A DNA stretch of 63,462 bases, filler included, from Perkinsus chesapeaki ATCC PRA-425 (Eukaryota > Protista > Perkinsozoa), in the NCBI GenBank assembly GCA_013115145.1. It is 11 parts of 11 records of this genome, joined end to end, with 100 filler letters (N's around TTAATTAATTAA, not from the genome) between each part and the next. Parts side by side here need not be neighbours in the genome. Positions count along the whole stretch, not along the records: positions 34,836 to 39,903 come from JAAPAO010001197.1; positions 40,004 to 42,276 come from JAAPAO010001638.1; positions 42,377 to 45,802 come from JAAPAO010001412.1; positions 45,903 to 50,420 come from JAAPAO010001251.1; 7 more parts are not named here. One strand, 5' to 3'. The notes beneath the pieces were generated by a model. That model ran no database searches. It was not told the DNA's origin and saw only the letters and a program-made list of their open reading frames with translations. Positions 36,225 through 48,480 of the stretch are shown here, in pieces (position 1 is the stretch's first letter; the number at the start of each line of letters is the position of its first letter). The translations under genes and the position numbers were made by a program.

Positions 36225-37477
36225 CTAATGGCTTTCAATTGAAAGAACAGAAACCATGCTTTTACCATAGTTCCTCACCTCACACGCTGTTACATCGTCC
36301 AAGTAGTTAAGCACTGCACCACCAGGACCAGAACGCCAACGACCATACTGGCACAAATGGAGGATGGAGTATTCAGCACGGAATAGAAGTTGCGTTCCCG
36401 TACGCCGACAGGAATGCGTGGTAACCTGCGTGGAGCGTACGACAAAGTGCAGACCGGTAAGGAATTCATTATAAGACAATGGCTCACCAGCAGAGCCCAG
36501 AAACAGTTGTTGCTGCACCTGTTGATCGGGAGAAATGACACCCGACCTTATACCATTTATGTATTCAGATAGAGCATGAACGGGACATAAGCGATTCTGG
36601 CAGTCAAGGCGCTTCTCAATGCTGGCGATCGTCACCGTATCACCCCGGCCAGACGTACGTATGCCAAAACTACCTCCACCGTCGGTTTTGCTGCGATGTA
36701 AATCTAGATTCGCACTCCGGCAACCTCCGGTGGATGAGCCAACACTCGTAAACTTTACATTAGTCAAGGATAGACCAATGACCTAATCAGAACGCAATAA
36801 ACCCAAGATAGCCACCAAAACAGCTACCCGTATGTGCTGCATAAACCCAGAATAAACCCCCAGGCTACGCACTTGAGCAGATGTGAAGACCGGCGCCTTT
36901 CGACCAGCCGGACCTTGATACATCTTGCGAGCTGAGCGGAGCGCAGCTCCACAGGGGAACCCTCCCGATTGCGAAAGTGAGAAGCCTTTTCGAGAATTGA
37001 CCGCTCTCAGACACCGAGTGTAATACTCAATGGTTGATGGTGCATACCCGCACTTGCTCAGAACGTAGGCTGTCTACGGTAGACAAAACGCGCCAGCAAG
37101 GCAGGTTCCAACGGAAAACCTATTTCACCAGGTAGTAGCATTTGATTATAGAAAGTCTCGACGCGAGCATATTGTTTACGGGCGGACCACTCCAACCCCT
37201 GAAGAATGAACTCTTCCACCGAAGCTTGTATCTCGGCTGACGATGACAAGGCCATTGAAATCGGAAGGATGTTCTTGCGCTTCAATAGCAGAGAACCTTC
37301 AGGAACACCTGCTGAGGCTTTATTGTTCTCGGGCAGATTAGCTTCGGGCATATCTACTTCCTTTATCAAGATACTTGATTCACCATCATTAGAGCCAAAG
37401 GTGGACTCAACACCAGGTGAGGTACTGAACTTTATAACTAAGAGGGACAGATGAAAGTATTTTAACTCAACATTCAC
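36225..37477 (-). mobile_element. Tyrosine recombinase of a DIRS/Ngaro-like retroelement (frameshift plus nonsense)
   Basis: GLLRSD*V, SKTD, CPVHAL, THSCRRTG, GRW and NY motifs. The SAM-like N-terminus is in a second frame. Confidence 0.88.
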
Positions 37478-37568
37478 TGACGGAAGCGACCAATCCTTGG
37501 AAAAAAGATACTACCTACTAATCTGGAAAGGGAAGAACTGTCGTTAGAACAACATCCAAGGGGCCAAG

Positions 37569-38815
37569 TTAATCACGACCCACAAGGCACATTCCCGCCA
37601 GCTCATTCAACCAATGATCAACCGAGGCCAATGTAAAACTGTCCAAAGAGTTGTTGACTTCACTAGAGGATCTGCTCAGCCAGTCAGCAAGATGGTCCTT
37701 CTTCCCTGCTTTATGGAAGAAGCCTGTAGGGATACCAAGCTGCCATATCTCCTTAGACAGGAGCTTCAAAACGGGTGCACACTTCGCCTTCTGAGCATAG
37801 GCTTTTCTCGTCATTCCTACCACACCACTATTATCCGACTGTAGAATGAGAGGTCTCCACCTGTCATCCGATGGAGATAAGAGCAGATTTTTGCAAGCAG
37901 CAGAGCCAAGGAAGCCGCCAAACATTCCAGGGCGCTAATGTCCCTCGATGATATGTGCGGGAAAGTCCGGAACATACATGTACCGATACTCTGGGGCAGA
38001 TCCGAAGTATCGTACCGAAAGTAATAGACCGTAGGAGTTGGAAAACATAAGGCCACAAAACCACCAAGCGCTCGCGTACTGGCGTCCGATACGATCGTTA
38101 TGGGTTCCACTTGAGCATCACACCAGGCAAGCCTAGAACTAACTGACAACTCCTTAGACCTTCCCGACAAAAGTGATATCAAGGAAACAGCATCACTACG
38201 TATCTTAGACTTTTTACCAATCGCCACAAATCTCAACCCTTTTCTTTGTGCAATCGAAACATTTGCACAAAGGCTACGTAGGTGAGGTTTCAAGAAGATG
38301 AACATTTCACCGGCCCACTGGAGTCGACCAAGAAGACTCTGTAGTTCCTTCGCGCGTATTCGAACTGGGGAGATAAGACACTCCAACTGTGCAAGGATCA
38401 AATCGAGCTTCTGATCTGGAATGTATACCTCAAACTTGTGCGAGTTGGACTGTAAGAGGCGTATACCATAACCCAAAATACGGGTCTCATTACATAGACC
38501 ACAGCCTGGAGTTGATGTTATGCTTAGTTTTGACCAGGACAAAGAGCAACCAACCAGACCCCAAAGGACACATGCCAAGCTGGTAATAACCAATGCCCTC
38601 TCCGGGCACGAGGAAACCAACGTCTGGTCCACATAAAGAAGGCTTCCTTCAAGATAGTCGCCGCTCGAGGAGGGATACAGTTGCCGAGACCTTTCCACCG
38701 AACGCAGTGTAATGCGGTTTATGCTTGAGGAGAGTCTACACCAGTAAAAAGGACTAACCAAAAGATCAAAACTCAACACGTTGTTCATATAGTAGCGGTT
38801 GAATTCGAAGTGCAA
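37569..38815 (-). mobile_element. RT/RNase H of the same DIRS/Ngaro-like element (5'-truncated, frameshifted)
   Basis: SFDLLVSPFYW, YVDQ, ELQSLLGRLQW, VSDAS, QSDN and HLADWLSR. Confidence 0.85.
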
Positions 38816-38849
38816 ACCCGCATTCGGTCAATTCCTAAACCTCCGCTGA

Positions 38850-39903
38850 AGTATGACGTTGATAGTGTATTGAAAATCAAAGACAGGTCGAAAGATTATA
38901 TAGGCTCAAACCTCTGCGAGTCTTTTGATTTGCTGGTTATATCAAATATATCAAATTAATTCCCACTGGCTTCACAATCAGCTGAGGATACTTGGATAAA
39001 CCTAAAGGAGGTATTGAACAACTCAGCTAAAACGGTTCTTCCTGTTTTGCGAAGAGATAAATTTGGAAGAAGATCGGTTTGAACACAAACACGTGATATT
39101 TTATCAGAACGAGAACGTGTATGGGAACGCTCTTCTGAAGAGGAGCGTAAAGAGTTAACAAACAGACTACAAAAATCTGCCCGAGATGACTAGCGGCTTT
39201 TTGTTGGAAATGCGGTGGAAGATATGGCTGCAGCGGCTTCAAAAGGAGACCAAGCAGAGCTCCATCGTTTGGCTAGACGATTGGGTGTAGAAGAACAAGT
39301 AATCGAGCTTGGGTTGACTATTTGGCAGGAAAATTCGATGCTATTAATACAGATATACCAGAGCCTATTATGATTGGAAGTCCTTCGGATGACATTTTGA
39401 CGGGACAGGTGTGCAAGATCCCAAATCAAGAAGAAACAGATAATGTTATCCAATTCTAACGCACCTGGTATAGATAACTTACCTGTCGAGTTTTTCAAAA
39501 TAGTGCTCTGGATTATTCAACAATTTTGGCAGGGGAAGGATATCCCTTCGGATTGGATTACTGGTAAATTAGTTATACTCTACAAGAAGGGGAGTACAAA
39601 AGACCTTGCTAGTTTCCGAATAATAAGTTTATTATATCATTGCTATAAAGTCCTCAGTACAATTCTATTAAGAAGAATTCAAAGTTCAATCGATAAACGT
39701 CTGTTAGCTATGCAACAGGGCTTTCGTCCTGGTAGGGGCTGCCGTGATAACCTTTTCTTATTGAGATCAGTTATATCTGATGTACTGTCTAGAAGTAGTG
39801 AAATTTGTTCTGCATAAGTTCACTATAAATGTGCTTTTGATAGTGTATCACATAAGTATTTGGAGGTTAGTTTCAAGGAGCATTGTGTACCTGATCATAT
39901 TAT
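38850..39903 (+). mobile_element. Non-LTR retrotransposon (RTE-like LINE) RT N-terminal fragment with stops
   Basis: NAPGIDNLPVE, SFRIISLL..CYK, QQGFRPGRGCRD and KCAFDSVSH. Confidence 0.85.
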
Positions 39904-40003
39904 NNNNNNNNNNNNNNNNNNNNNNNNNNNNNNNNNNNNNNNNNNNNTTAATTAATTAANNNNNNNNNNNNNNNNNNNNNNNNNNNNNNNNNNNNNNNNN
40001 NNN

Positions 40004-40075
40004 CGGCTTTGGCGCAGTAGGTAGGGCGTAGGTCTCATAATCCTAAGGTCGCGAGTTCGATCCTCGCAGGCCGCA
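40004..40075 (+). tRNA. tRNA-Met(CAU), first base cut by contig edge; D-stem mismatch
   Basis: TAGG-TCTCATAAT-CCTA anticodon arm, GTTCGATCC T-loop and acceptor CGGCTT/GGCCGC. D-stem reads GCGC/GGGC. Confidence 0.8.
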
Positions 40076-40117
40076 TGGGCTATATGAATCCCACTTGTCA
40101 AGCTTATGTCTGCAATC

Positions 40118-40756
40118 TTACCCGAGTCCTTCCTCCCGGGCGGTTGGGTGTCGATACCCGAAATTGGAACCCGAAACCCGAAACCCGCGACCCGCAGGCC
40201 AGGGCAGGGCAGGGCTTCCAATATCGTGGTACTAAGCGCTCAGCCTGTCAGGCGATCGGCTGCCATCAACTAGCATCAGAACTTGAACTGTGCTAGCTGG
40301 CGGAGCCGAGAATAGCCTGGTGGGGAGACGCTTCACCAGGGAGGGCGGGTGGGAAAATAACTGTAGTTCATTGGACTACAATTCACTAAACAAACTGCAC
40401 GGATGAACATTCAAGATTCACTGGGCGTGCTTTTGCTAGACTCGCTCGCCCACCTATCACACCCGAAAGAATCTGCAGCGTCGCGCCGGGAGTCATACCG
40501 AGTAAACTTGGTCAACTACGTCAACCCTCATTACCCGAGTCCTTCCTCCCGGGCGGTTGGGTGTCGATACCCGAAATTGGAACCCGAAACCCGAACCCGA
40601 AACCCGCGACCCGCAGGCCAGGGCAGGGCAGGGCTTCCAATATCGTGGTACTAAGCGCTCAGCCTGTCAGGCGGTCGGCTGCCATCAACTAGCATCAGAA
40701 CTTGAACTGTGCTAGCTGGCGGAGCCGAGAATAGCCTGGTGGGGAGACGCTTCACC
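40118..40756 (-). repeat. Split direct repeats B1 (40531-40756), A2 (40338-40530), B2 (40118-40337)
   Basis: The 226-bp and 220-bp copies differ by one 6-bp indel and one SNP, and lie downstream of the YR ORF. Confidence 0.9.
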
Positions 40757-41029
40757 CGTCTTCGACACCCACTGAGACGAACACACTTTGCCTCACACTT
40801 ACAGATCCTGTAATTATATTATACAAAACCACTTAACCGGTACGCCAGGCGTACTACGCCAGCACAACGATACCGCTTACTAGTTTGACTAGTCTAGCTC
40901 TCTGCCCACTCCTGACAAGGCGGATACTCAACATGCCTATGGACTGAAACCGTACACTAATGCAGTTCATAAGCTAATTAACGAAGGGTATATGCCGCCG
41001 CAAGTACCGTACCACGCAACCGCCATACA

Positions 41030-41791
41030 TCAGACCGAACGGGTATCCGCGACTCCACTCGTCATAATACTAGCAAGCCGAGCTCTCTTAGGCAAGGATG
41101 CACCACGAAGATACTCACGAAAGGCCTCAGAAGACCAGCGTCCTTGTTCCATCAACGTGTGCTGATCCACACCCTCACAGTAACATAGCTGGACACCCGT
41201 TCGCCGAAGGGAGTGGAGCCCGTAGTCTTTCGTTTCGGAAGCCGGTACCCCAACTCGCGCTAGCGCGAGGCGAAACTTCTCGGTGAACGTTGAATATGTA
41301 ATGCGAGACCCATTGTCCAAAAATAAGGCCAAGTCACCCGGCTCCAACTGAATATTGCTTAAACGGTGGTATGCGCAGTGCGCCACGCACTCACTTGCTG
41401 TTGGGGCGTCTCTTACGCACGACACCAGGACCTCACTCCCATACCCCGCCTGGTCAGTCTTCGAATCACGGACCAAGAGACAGGCTACTAACTTACCATG
41501 AACAGTGCGGAATTTCACATCGCTTCTATCGAGTAGTATTATTTCTTCCGGTCGAAGGAAACCAAAAACACCAACAAGGCAGGCCGCGATATATATGTCA
41601 GAGTAATCTTTATCCAAACGGCCTAGTGCCACGACCTGCTCTAGGCTCAGCGGGCGTTTTTGGTCTAATGTCAAATCACATATCTTTTCAGCAGACCGTC
41701 GGGCCTGCTTCAAGAAGAAGTTGTCTACCGGAGACAAGCTGTTCCCCAACGATGAATTAGTTGACAGCACCGCACTTAAGTAGTTGGTCAC
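41030..41791 (-). mobile_element. Tyrosine recombinase of a Ngaro/PAT-type retrotransposon (catalytic domain intact, N-terminus disrupted)
   Basis: GFLRPEE (R), DSKTD (K), LHSLRRTG (HxxR), GRW (W) and FREY (Y). Confidence 0.93.
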
Positions 41792-41844
41792 TGTAGAGTA
41801 CTTGTACCTTGGCTAGCTCGTGCAGTCCATGTACATAATTCTCT

Positions 41845-42276
41845 TACTCATTCATATCATCATTTAAGTCCAGCTGCCATCTTCTTTGGTAATTCTTTGG
41901 TATGGCGATCGGTGAAAGAAACCGTGAAGCAACATGCCGAAGCTTCTGGTGACACTATGCAACCAAGTTTTGCAATTGGTGATTTGGTTCTGAAACGTGT
42001 TAAGTATTCTGCCTTCCCTCAGACAAGCCCAATCTATGGGAATGACTATTATTTTGTATCACAAATTATTTCGCCTTCACGTGTGCAAGTCACTTCTCTT
42101 GACACGAATCAGGCGCAAGTAGCTCATCCATCACAGTTACGTCTACTTCGCCCTAATTTCGACTCAAATGATGATGATTCTCCATTATACAAACTGAATG
42201 CTCCTGATGGTACTTGTTTATATTCTTCGGATGTTCCATGTATACAGTTTGATGATTGTGTTGATGATAGTCCTAG
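41845..42276 (+). mobile_element. Gypsy-type integrase C-terminal fragment, back-to-back with the YR ORF
   Basis: HLSPAAIFFG, FAIGDLVLKR, Y.V and AHPSQLR (SH3/GPY-F-like tail). Runs into the gap. Confidence 0.65.
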
Positions 42277-42903
42277 NNNNNNNNNNNNNNNNNNNNNNNN
42301 NNNNNNNNNNNNNNNNNNNNTTAATTAATTAANNNNNNNNNNNNNNNNNNNNNNNNNNNNNNNNNNNNNNNNNNNNTGTCCCAATAACACAACGCACACG
42401 ATTATTGTCTCCGCTAAGCTGCAGTGCTCTCGGAGAGGAACGAGTCAGCAATTAACCAAGGAGTACAGTAACAATTTTTTCCGCGACCCCTAATTTACGG
42501 CCCGTCACCGAGCCGAGAATGTGGGATACCGCCCTTCCCTGGACTAGGGATTGTCCATCGACGATGGACCATCGTGTACGGTTTTCCCGAGCGCGTTGGA
42601 CGTAGGAGAGGTTGTCTCCGACCCGGATGGTACGGTCCCCGAGCCACTGGGGATCTCTGACTAGTACTTGTCACTGCTCTGCTGTAAAGGTCTTGCCGGA
42701 GTTGCCGCCTGATACGGACCTTCGAGTCTGAGTCCGACGGAGACAAAAAAAATGGTGAGTTAAACACCCCTAGTCAGTTAGTTGATGTAACTTACTGCAT
42801 CAAAAGAAAAATATTCGGGCAGATGGCATGCCCATATTGCCCCTAGAGCAACTTTAATTTAAATACGAAACAATCTTACTTTTAGTTAGCACTTTCTTTA
42901 TAT

Positions 42904-44109
42904 ATGTCAAACATCTCTAGCCACCTCCAAAAGTTGATCGAGGCCATTCCACCCCCTTCCCTGGCGATAGGCGAGGCCTTTCGTCAGGTCGCCCAGGCCA
43001 CAGGGATGTTATCGGTCGAGCTACTGGGTTCTATTGCACCCGATGACTGGCTTATTCTTATTAAGAAGAACAGCGCTATTGTCTGTGACGCTATTAAAAG
43101 AGCGGAAGATCAGACGGGTCAAACTGGTGATTCTGAAAGCCAGCCCACTTCGGCACAGGACACTCAGAATCAAGAGTCCAAGAGCCCCTCCTCTGCCGTA
43201 TTGAATAACCCCAGCGGCCAGAGTAGTCCAAAAATCCCAACGGTGGCTCTAGTCCAGTTGAAGACGTATGCGAACGCTATCTCTGAGGAGGCCCGCCGTT
43301 GGTCTAGGGCCCTAAATAGTGAATCTGATGAAGTACTACAAGATAAAGATTCTAGTGGAACCCCGGACGACTCTACCTTATCAAAATGGGTCGATGAGCT
43401 GTCTGAGGTGGTGGGATTAGTCCCATACGAACTAATTCCTCCTGCACGCTTGGTTAAAGCATTACGCCGTTCTTCGTCGAGCTTTGTGGATTTTAAAATC
43501 TTCTATGAATCTGTCGGTGATAATTCACGTAAAAGAGTACGAACAACAGTAAGCGGCAAACAAGTTCTGTGCCTAGATGATGACTATGAAGATGGTGCCA
43601 GTAACTCCTCATCTCGAAGACCCCAAAAATATGTTAAATTGGGCGATTGGCTAGCCTTTTATCCGAAATATGTTACGGCTCTGTGCCTTGTGGATGAGGG
43701 ATGCCGGAAGAACATTCTGGCACTCTTTCGATACCAATTAGCAATTGGTAAGATGGCGGCTAATGGTGACTGGCGTGCTGTTTATTCCCTTGACCAAAGG
43801 TATCGTTATACGATCCCAGGTCTAGTGGCGACAGGTGTACCTCTCCATGAAAGTTTTAGCTCCGAGTCGCATTATAGTATGTTCTTCGCTAGAGCACTAT
43901 CGGAGGTTACTATATCAAACGTACCGGATAGAGTATGGCGAGATTCTTCTAGTCTTTCGGATAACTCGTCTCGAAGATCCAATGCGCGGAGAAGACGGGG
44001 GAAGTCCAATAACTCGAACACGACAACCAATTCCTATAATAACAGCAATATGAATAGTTCTCGTTCTGTTAGTTCTCATAATAATAAGGAGGGCCGTCAG
44101 AATACTTAA
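42904..44109 (+). mobile_element. ORF1 (gag-like) of a DIRS/Ngaro-like retroelement
   Basis: DWLAFYPKY...LFRYQLAI...WRAVYSLDQRYR resembles the DIRS-type ORF1 motif. Basic/Asn-Ser tail; sits directly before the RT ORF. Confidence 0.75.
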
Positions 44110-44257
44110 TAACTCTTCTTGTGAGTAATAAGTTGTTATCCAACGCTAGTAGTGGTCCTTGGGGGGTTCCTTGCCTGTATCTATATACAATTCCCGTGTG
44201 TTGTGTTAAAAAAAATTTAAAAGAATGAAGTACGATTTTTGTAAGAACTAAACCTCT

Positions 44258-45733
44258 TTGTTAAGGTCACTTCTTCTACTTGACTATCTCTCTATTATGG
44301 TAAAACAGCGTTTACACCACTCGCGTTCAAAAGAAGCTAAATTACGCCGGTCTATTAAAGAACGCACTAGACGAGCACTCCTCTCGTCTACACATGAGCG
44401 CCATACAAGATATTATGAGGATTCAAGTAATATTCACGAAAACTATGACTCTCCGCTAGTCCCTTCCCCCTTATTACAACCATCCGTTGATGACGACTGT
44501 CTGGTGGATCGAAGGAGTATTGACCTTTATAAATGGGCCTTATGCTCGGCTCGTGGGGAGTATAATAGTTTGGTGAAGAAGATAACCGATGGGACGGCTA
44601 AAGCTTCAGCTGTTGAATGGGGCCCGGTTTGTGGTCAGTGTGATGTAGTATCGGATGCTGACCGTGATGGAGACTCGATTCAAAAATTACGCGAGGTCCT
44701 GAAAACAGCTGCAATTTCTCTGGGAAGAGAATCGATTATTGATCCACTCCGGAAGTGGATCAGGCTCTCTAGAGACGAACAAGGGGCTAAATCTAATATA
44801 TGGGAGCCATTACAAGCAACAATAAGAGCGCATGCTATCAAGTTAAGAGCCAAATTTCGTGATGTTATTGGTTCAAACCATGCTGACCCTCCCGAGTCTA
44901 CTACTCCTATCCGTGTCGGTCTCCTTCGTGACCTTTCGTCTTCGACAGAAGCCTTGTCTGATCCTGACGATGTCGAACTTCTTGACCAAATTATTGATCA
45001 TGGTGGAGTCCATATTGGTATTGATGAACCTATCAATGCCACTGGAAAATGGCCGCTTGCGTCTCACTCTCCTGATATGGCTACTGAAGAGGATACCCTT
45101 GGTCTCTCCCAGTTCGCTCTTCATTCTTGGAGGAATTATCAGTCAGCCGATCTATTATCTCTTGGGGTTAGGAAGTACCTTCAGAAGGAGGTAGCTGATG
45201 GTAATATGGAAGTAATGAAGTCGTTACCCCCAGGAGCTATCATCTCAAAAATCGCGGCTATCGAAAAGCGACCTGGTGATGTTGATTCTCCTCTTCGTAT
45301 AATCGATGATCTGAAAAGATCAAAAGTAAACGACCAAGTTGTTTCTCCCGAGACTCTTCAGCTACCTGGTGTAGCTACTACTGCTTTCATTTATGCCCAA
45401 CGAAAAGCTATACTTCGGGAAAAGCCGTGCCAGGAGCAAGTTGTTATTGAAACCGACTGCAAGGCAGCTTTCCGTCATGTTCCCATCTGTCTCCAAGAGC
45501 GAAGGTTCTGCATGAATTATCTACCTGAGGAGGATGGGTATGAGCAATTACTGGTGCAGCACTGTAAATTACCTTTTGGTCTCACAAATTCCCCAATCCT
45601 TTGGGTACGAATATGTGCTCAGGCCAATGGCCTGAGGCCTGAGGCCATTATCTTGCTGAACCTATTCATACCATATTTCCGTGAAATCTCCTATACCTCC
45701 TCCTCCCCGTTTACTACTTCTTTTCTGGCCTAG
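44258..45733 (+). mobile_element. RT ORF of a DIRS/Ngaro-like element, truncated before YxDD
   Basis: LRIIDDLKRSKVN, TDCKAAFRHVPI and LPFGLTNSPILW. Homology ends at about 45625. Confidence 0.85.
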
Positions 45734-46035
45734 CTAATCTTTGTAATACTGGTATTATAAATGCTAGTGTCTTACCACTACCAGTAGGGGCTTGAGCTAA
45801 TANNNNNNNNNNNNNNNNNNNNNNNNNNNNNNNNNNNNNNNNNNNNTTAATTAATTAANNNNNNNNNNNNNNNNNNNNNNNNNNNNNNNNNNNNNNNNNN
45901 NNTAGCCCCTCGACCTAGACCACTCTCCCACGGAAATAAACGGTCACAGTCGAGCGAACGCTAGTGCGTTTTATGTAAGGTAACTAGGTGTTGTTAATAT
46001 CTTCTCATCTTACATCCTTAAATAGAACTATTTCT

Positions 46036-46816
46036 TCATTTTTTGCGTTTCTCCTCCCACTCTTCATACTTCTTCTTGAAGGCTTCTTCATTACTGTTCA
46101 TGGCTTTTTTAACCCAGTATGGATCACTCTTAACATCGCCGTTCATCAGTATGGACAGAACAGCCGTGCAATTCGCAGTGTGAAAGCGATTCTGTCGTGT
46201 GAATTTCCAAGGACCGGATAGCTTGAAAGCTTTAGTCACCCTTTTCATCATGTCCAAGGAAAACGGCAGTAGCTTCCCAAAATGGTTATACACCTTCTTA
46301 GTGGGCCCATCAAAATTCATAGTCACTCCTTTTATATTAGTTTCAACGCTCACATAGTCGTCACCCAAGCCGCTTCCAGACTTCTTAGGTTCAGACTTCA
46401 GTGCCTTCCAAACTTTAACCTGCACGTGCCCACCATCATATAACCTAACATTTACATAGCTGACCAGCATGACTTCGTCAACTCTACCAAATCCTCAATC
46501 CTTGACCGCGGCGCTCCCACATCACGTCAGTGCAGGTTACTGGCGCAAGTGTGTCTGGCAGCGCGCAATTGCCTCTTGAAGCGGAAAAGCTGTCATCGAT
46601 AACGCCTTCCTCTTGGCCGGGAGGATACATAAAGCAGTTTTCTCCGGATTGATCGACCTGAAACGCTTCCATTCGAACAGATATCGAAGAAATATGATAT
46701 TTTGACAAACCCTTGGGGGCCCGAATGCTCCCAAGGTGGGATCCCAAACAGGAATGAAATGGGCAAGCCTCCGTATTATTACAATGCCCGATGGTGGCAA
46801 TGAGAAACACATTCAT
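46036..46816 (-). pseudogene. Frameshifted hypothetical (probably secreted) protein gene
   Basis: Consecutive 110-aa and 144-aa frames that can be joined by small frameshifts; no known motif. Confidence 0.35.
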
Positions 46817-47182
46817 TGATGGGCGGTGAATTTTATAATATCCACGTTCGATGCTATTTCAATGGGATACTAGCCAGCTAAGGGGTCTACCACTGGTAGA
46901 CTAGGAGGCATGATACACTCGAGGTTGGATTAAACGCTTTGTCCCGATCTGAAATATACTATCGCGCTCAGTGGTACAGGATCAGTACTGATTCTCACGA
47001 TAAGTGGATCGCATAAATCCCTATGTCTAATGAGTCTAATACGGTGATTAACACACCGTCCATTTTGTTGGTTTATTGGGACTTAATTTGGGGGCAGCCC
47101 AGACTTGAGTCGTGATCCAACCAAGAAGGGTGTAACAGAAGTTGATGATGATTCTCATGTTAATGATGATGATCTACAGTAG

Positions 47183-48480
47183 TTGGATACTATTTTCCGC
47201 ACGGGTATCGTCTATAATCCAAAGTGCATTTTGCATAACCTGCCAGCCTGGGTTGCTTACCGGGACTTGGTTCCAAACCTCGAGGCAACCCAAATAGCAC
47301 AGCTTCCCACCAAAAGGGCAGTGTATCAGCGGTTGAACAAGGCGAAGCGCACAGCGCTGGGTTTGCCCAAGCCGAATCGAAGTCTCCAGGACTTTACCAT
47401 CCCACCAACATTCTTAACTGCCCGAGTTGTTGGTCAGGATGTCCCGATATTGTTGAACAATATCGGAATCATAGAACAATAATTGTTCTATGATTCCGGT
47501 CCGACGGATGAATGTCGAGTGATTATCTTTTATGACCAGCTCACAATGGGACGAGTTATGGACAAACAGTCGCGCGGGACCAGTCCTTCCCTGCACCTAT
47601 GTTGTGAATCACAACTTGTGATGCTAGTTTTGCTACTTGCCCTCTTAAATTTGGTGAACAATTTACAGTGTTGTTACGGCACTCACGTGGAAGGTACCTA
47701 CCAATGTTCTATTGTGTGCTCCCCGATCGCACAGAGCGCACACATGTACGTGTTCTGGAAAGGATAATTCCTCTGCTCGGTGGTCCAAGCAATGTGGCAT
47801 CGACGATGGTCCGATATGGACTCAGCATTGCTCGCAGCGATAAAATCTCAGCTTCCATTACCGGCTTTTACAGTCTGCTACTTCCACCTGAATCAGGCAC
47901 TGTTTCGGAAGTTCCGTAGAGTATTCCCATCTATGGCGTCGGGATACAACAAGGATGATGATAGGGTTCGGGACGCATACAAAGCATATTATAATGTAGC
48001 ATGCGTCCCATTTCTCCCAGAGGGACTGTCCGCCGTGGCTTTCGAGGCTGCTATTGGCCACCTCCCTGAGGAAGGTTTCCTGTGCGAGATCGCAACATCT
48101 TATCTGCATCGTAACTACGGCATTAGCAAGCAATTTGGTCCGCCGGGCGGACTCTGGCCCTTTTCAATCTTCGGCGGCGCGTCGTCTCCTCAAGGGAGAG
48201 GAAAAATAATTCGCAAGATGGATTTCATATGTTTCATATGTCCGAGGTTCGCAAGAACCGGAAGCCTTCCGGTTCTTCCGGCGGAAGGCCCATCTTTATC
48301 TGGTGCGAGGCAGTGAAGCGCATCATAGCACAGTGACGCTATAATGTACGACCGTGGTGAAACATGGTACCGTAAACCAGAGTATGTTGTCTTAGACGCG
48401 CGTTTGCGCATACTATGTGAAAGGCCTGTTACCGAGTTCACCCTATCTGAGTGGTTCGCAACAGCTCGAGGAGTTGTATT
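47183..48480 (+). mobile_element. Mutator/MULE transposase pseudogene
   Basis: LFYDSG..DECRVIIF, SDMDSALLAAI and VCYFHLNQAL (CxxH motif). Several in-frame stops. Confidence 0.85.

Noticed and set aside
35573-42741. DIRS1-type ITR shared between contigs 5 and 7 (CTAGGGATTG, GTCCGACGG)
   Set aside because: Only 9-10 bp matches with inconsistent spacing; compatible with chance.
41030-45733. YR (contig 6) and gag/RT (contig 7) as one element
   Set aside because: Different contigs and opposite strands; the A2 repeat is not found at the start of contig 7.
36225-48480. Stop-codon reassignment suggested by in-frame stops
   Set aside because: The stops are a mix of TAA, TAG and TGA, occur with frameshifts in decayed elements, and host genes terminate normally.
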